This document shows, piece by piece, positions 61,301 through 64,000 of a stretch of DNA of 64,000 nucleotides. The notes under the pieces were generated by a model. That model searched no databases. It was not told the origin of the DNA and saw nothing but the letters and a program-made list of their open reading frames with translations. This DNA is from a virus (taxonomy: Duplodnaviria; Caudoviricetes). Position 1 is the first letter of the stretch. Each line of letters opens with the position of its first letter. A program made the translations under genes and the position numbers. The stretch is from IMG/VR virus record IMGVR_UViG_3300021399_000005, positions 1 to 64,000 of that record. One strand, 5' to 3'.

Positions 61301-62177
61301 CAATTTTATCATAAATTTCTTCACTATTTTTAACCATTTCTTCATAGTCTAATCCAGATGCAGACAAATGTTCTATTAATTCTTCTTCTGTTTGAAGATA
61401 AGAATATTCATAAAAAGAATCTACTTCTCTTTCTCCTTGTTTAGAATTTAAATATGCCTTATGAACATATCTGTCTTCTTTCTTTAAAAAATGAGCGTCA
61501 CAACCTATTACCATTTTTCTATTATAAGTTCGTGCAATTTGTTTAAGACGCTTATTTACAATAATTTGTTCTGTTGAACATCCAGGCGCACATTCTACAT
61601 AAAAATCATCTCCAAAACATTCGATACAAAAAGTTATGTAGTTATGGATTTGTAATTTTTTTTCTTGTGCTAATTCAGTATTATTATTTTTTTCTGCTTC
61701 TGTTAAAGCTAAAATTGTTTGTCCCAATTCTGAACCAATACAAGCACTAGTCGCAATTAAATGACCTTTTCCAAACTTTTTTATTTTCTCTTGTAATTCT
61801 GATTTTAAAGTTGGAACTCGTTCCAAACCTCTATCCATATAAGAATTCATCCAAGAATAAGAAGAAAGTTCTTTTAACATTTGAAAACCCACTTTATCTT
61901 TTGCAATTAAGATAAAGTGGTAATATTTTGTTTTTGGTTCTCTTACATCTGTTAAATAAATTTCATTTCCTATTGCAATTTTAAAATCTTTATCAATTTG
62001 CTCTTGATATTCTTTAATCTCAACCGCTGCGCACAAACACTCATGATCTGTAATAGCAATTCCAGATAAACCAAGTTCTATGGCTCGGTCTATGAGATTT
62101 TTAGGCTTATTAATACAGTCGATCAATCTGATGTTGCTGTAGTGAGTGTGCGAATGTGGTTCGAAGCGACGACCCAT
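58338..62177 (-). CDS. dnaE: DNA polymerase III alpha subunit (family C), 1279 aa (1282 aa if the terminal TGA is read through to TAA 58331-58329)
   Basis: PHP motifs HSHTHYS, AITDH, GNE; GRGS, PDIDID, HASGV, KFDIL, YSFSKIHSLAYS. Confidence 0.95.
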   Translation of the reverse strand: MGRRFEPHSHTHYSNIRLIDCINKPKNLIDRAIELGLSGIAITDHECLCAAVEIKEYQEQIDKDFKIAIGNEIYLTDVREPKTKYYHFILIAKDKVGFQMLKELSSYSWMNSYMDRGLERVPTLKSELQEKIKKFGKGHLIATSACIGSELGQTILALTEAEKNNNTELAQEKKLQIHNYITFCIECFGDDFYVECAPGCSTEQIIVNKRLKQIARTYNRKMVIGCDAHFLKKEDRYVHKAYLNSKQGEREVDSFYEYSYLQTEEELIEHLSASGLDYEEMVKNSEEIYDKIEQYSIFHKQQIPRVEVPFSQKFDDKSLVKYPNLYNMRKSENNHERYWVNECLKKLKELGKDNNIYLGRLEEEAEVKAYIGKELDSNMFDYPITLQHYIDLIWECGSTVGAGRGSSCSGLNHYLLGVTQLDPIEHDLPFFRYLNKDRVELPDIDIDVCPSKRPLILQKIREERSKNFNDDLDDLSRENLGCTLVATFGTESTKSAILTSCRGYRSEDFPQGIDVDEAQYLSSLVPVERGFIWSLQDVVYGNKEKGRKPVKVFIEEVEQYPGLLDIMFGIENLIKQRGSHASGVIFFDENPYEFGAFMKTPSGDIITQWDLHQCEHLGMTKFDILVTDVQDKIVETINLLQEYGEIDKDLTLKEVYDKYLHPNVLNLNDERIWNALEKGSVLNTFQFDSSVGARAAAKIKPRTIEEMSDCNGLMRLMTSSPGEEQPMDKYVRFKNNIDLWYKEMDNFGLTKEEEKTLEPYFKSSYGVPPSQEQLMLMLMDENICGFTLGEANRARKIVGKKQMDKIPALRQKVLAQAKSHKLGEYIWRAGVGPQMGYSFSKIHSLAYSFVGVQTLYLGTNYNPIFWNTACLRVNSGALTGGSTNYGKIAKALGDIQAAGIKIGLVDINKSQRTFSPNIEDNVIMFGLNGILDVGENVVEEILKNRPYVSPKDFYSKVKLNKTAMISLIKAGAFDQFYDRKFVMAWFIWETCEKKKRLTLQNFAGLVKSGMIPEELNFEKRVFEFNRYLRAICKNGHLDNRAIDFLTSIDLEFLIEPDKTLDLKKWDKYYQGYMDPARDWLKENSQEILQSLNEKIFMESWNKYAKGSISSWEMEVLCFYYHEHELINVNKEKYGLSDFFDLPEEQEVERSFFTKNGRKINIFKLHKIYGTCIAKNKSHSSITLLTPKGVVEVKFRKEHFALFDKRISALGEDGKKHIIEKSWFDRGSLIVIQGIKTEDSFMAKKYKRKDDEENHQLYRITSISDDGKDISLTSARAQGA

Positions 62178-62210
62178 TTCATCATCTTCCTTTCCCTTAT
62201 TTCTATATAT

Positions 62211-62239
62211 ATTATATCATAGCTTTAATATTTTGTCAA
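62211..62239 (-). promoter_or_regulatory. Consensus sigmaA promoter for dnaE
   Basis: TTGACA-17-TATAAT with TG extension. Confidence 0.85.
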
Positions 62240-62244
62240 AAAAA

Positions 62245-63396
62245 CTAGTTTTTTATCACGACTAATTTTTCTACTGCCCTTGTGCATGCTGTGTATAACC
62301 ATCTTTTATGGTCATCTTTCTTAAATGGAAAATTTTCTTCAATAACTAAGACATTATCCCATTGACTGCCTTGCGCTTTATGACAAGTAATAGCATAACC
62401 ATAAGCAAAAGGAACAATTGGATATGGAGCGCCTTTTATTTCTTCTGGAGTAAAAGCTGGAACGCCAGTTAGAAAAAGTTGTTTATCAATATAAACACAT
62501 TCAAACATAGCATAATAAGAATCATATCCTTCTGGCATGAGGTCTATACAATATAATACTCTACCATCGTCCAAATGTAATTCAGATAAATATTCAACAG
62601 TTCCAATAGTTCCATTTACCATACTTTCTCCAATCATATTAGAAGAGTTCCATATATTTTTCAAACAAATAATTTTATCTCCTAGCTGCAACTCTTTTGG
62701 AACATTAGTACCCCAAATGTATTGCCTAATTAGATTATTATAATAATCTCTTTGTTTATTTGTAGCTACTAAAACTTGGTCTGCCCAAGTCAACATTCCA
62801 GAAACTAATTTACTCTTACTTAAAACTTGAACTTCTGTACCTTTTTGCTCTGGTAAATTTTTACCTTCTCTAATACGCAAACTTAAATCTATAATCTCTG
62901 AATCCTGTGCCTGTCTTACAATTTCATCTAAAAAGATATGTGGGTCGTCTAAAACATTATTTTCTTTCCGAACCGGGGGAAGCTGTGCTGGATCCCCAAG
63001 AGCTAACACATGTACTGGATGAGATAGTAATAATTCCCACATATCAAGTGGTAACATTGAAACCTCATCAACAACTACAATTTTGTATGGCTTTTCTAAT
63101 TTTTTTCTAGGATAAAAACGATAGGAACCATCTTTTAATTGTCTAGCATGATAAAGCAATTTGTGCGCAGTTACAGCATTTTCATTCCCATGCTCTCTTA
63201 ATACTAGGGCGGCTTTGCCCGTGAAGGAAACATAAACTACTTGAAAAGAAGGAATGCCCAACGCTTGAATGATATAACTAACCAGCGTTGTTTTACCCGT
63301 ACCAGCCATTCCCGCAATAACGGTGTATTTTTTATGTTCTTTATATCGTTGAAGAGCAATTTCCAAACCCTTTTGTTGCTTGTCAGTTAATTGCAT
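62245..63396 (-). CDS. RecD/Dda-like SF1B helicase, 383 aa
   Basis: GMAGTGKTT, VVDEVSM, GDPAQLPPV, RQ, YAITCHKAQGSQW, LYTACTRA. Confidence 0.9.
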   Translation of the reverse strand: MQLTDKQQKGLEIALQRYKEHKKYTVIAGMAGTGKTTLVSYIIQALGIPSFQVVYVSFTGKAALVLREHGNENAVTAHKLLYHARQLKDGSYRFYPRKKLEKPYKIVVVDEVSMLPLDMWELLLSHPVHVLALGDPAQLPPVRKENNVLDDPHIFLDEIVRQAQDSEIIDLSLRIREGKNLPEQKGTEVQVLSKSKLVSGMLTWADQVLVATNKQRDYYNNLIRQYIWGTNVPKELQLGDKIICLKNIWNSSNMIGESMVNGTIGTVEYLSELHLDDGRVLYCIDLMPEGYDSYYAMFECVYIDKQLFLTGVPAFTPEEIKGAPYPIVPFAYGYAITCHKAQGSQWDNVLVIEENFPFKKDDHKRWLYTACTRAVEKLVVIKN

Positions 63397-63427
63397 ACCT
63401 TTTGTTTTATCCTCCTTTTCTTTTTAT

Positions 63428-63456
63428 ATTATATCATATTATTTATTTATTTTCAA
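63428..63456 (-). promoter_or_regulatory. SigmaA promoter for the helicase
   Basis: TTGAAA-17-TATAAT with TG extension. Confidence 0.75.
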
Positions 63457-63643
63457 TATTACATGTAATTTCCCAGGTTGATCCCATATATTTAGGGCAA
63501 ATTCTTGCCATTAGCATACAAACTCCACAAGGTAATAGGTGAGGGCATTCTGGTGTATCTTGATAATACGATTTTGAATCGGCAGTAGAGGTAGAATCGC
63601 TATAAATCAATTTTGAATTAGTAGTTGTTTTGTTATTAAACAT
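63443..63643 (-). CDS. Small Cys-rich protein, 66 aa
   Basis: AGGAGG RBS; CPHLLPCGVC....CP motif. Confidence 0.65.
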   Translation of the reverse strand: MFNNKTTTNSKLIYSDSTSTADSKSYYQDTPECPHLLPCGVCMLMARICPKYMGSTWEITCNIENK

Positions 63644-63757
63644 AAAATTTCCTCCTGTTTTTTAACTAATTTTTTACATTCTAACATTTGCTCTTAAAAA
63701 TTCCTAGAAAGATTTTTGTTCCAGGTGCGGAGAAGCCGCCATCAGCGCCACAAGCAA

Positions 63758-64000
63758 CTAGAAATAGTATTCTTGTTTTTCTTCTATTGAATAATCTTCT
63801 ATTAAAATTTGAGGAGCATTATCCCAGCCCGTATTTTTAGAACATCTTCCAATAATATCTACTTTTACATAGCCATCTCCAGGGTTTAAATCTTCGTATT
63901 CACTTTCATTTGCTTGGAATTTAATTGCTGTTAAACTTGAGCTTGAGAAAGTAAATTTTAAAGTGTTTTTATTTTTTCCTAGTAAAGAGAGATTGTTTTT
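63758..64000 (-). CDS. C-terminus of a probable RecJ-like ssDNA exonuclease (truncated by the window edge)
   Basis: Open frame ..GKNKNTLKF..VDIIGRCSKNTGWDNAPQILIEDY..YYF-TAG resembles the RecJ OB-fold end; replication context. Confidence 0.5.
   Translation of the reverse strand, partial: KNNLSLLGKNKNTLKFTFSSSSLTAIKFQANESEYEDLNPGDGYVKVDIIGRCSKNTGWDNAPQILIEDYSIEEKQEYYF

Noticed and set aside
51743-63396. Phage of a uniformly code-4 host such as a mycoplasma
   Set aside because: Replication genes avoid internal TGA entirely, and the phage encodes peptidoglycan hydrolases, implying a walled host
1-64000. CRISPR array, rRNA, integrase, release factor or Trp-tRNA synthetase
   Set aside because: No regularly spaced repeats or matching motifs seen; accessory recoding factors may lie outside the window

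Overview
A 64-kb, AT-rich segment of a large tailed phage, probably infecting a gut Firmicute (Gram-positive-type lysins, AGGAGG RBSs, sigmaA-type promoters). The standard-code ORF track is misleading. The + strand from 1 to 49.6 kb is a dense block of long virion and lysis genes (tail/baseplate proteins, a 2366-aa giant, three LamG/fibre gene pairs, holin, lysins) in which in-frame TGA falls at conserved Trp positions (genetic code 4). The convergent - strand replication and nucleotide-metabolism genes (DnaE, RecD/Dda-like helicase, NrdD, dUTPase, FNT channel) have no internal TGA and use TGG for Trp. The exceptions are a RuvC-like resolvase, a membrane protein and one intron-encoded homing endonuclease. 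Where the two blocks meet lies a UGA-reading tRNA-Trp (anticodon UCA, 50252-50537). Its anticodon is interrupted between U34 and C35 by a 211-nt group I intron. The main candidate system is therefore a splicing-gated genetic-code switch: late proteins would need a suppressor tRNA that only exists after self-splicing. nrdD carries two further group I introns, each with a GIY-YIG endonuclease. All code-4 coordinates were read by hand, and protein family calls come from motif recognition, not database searches.
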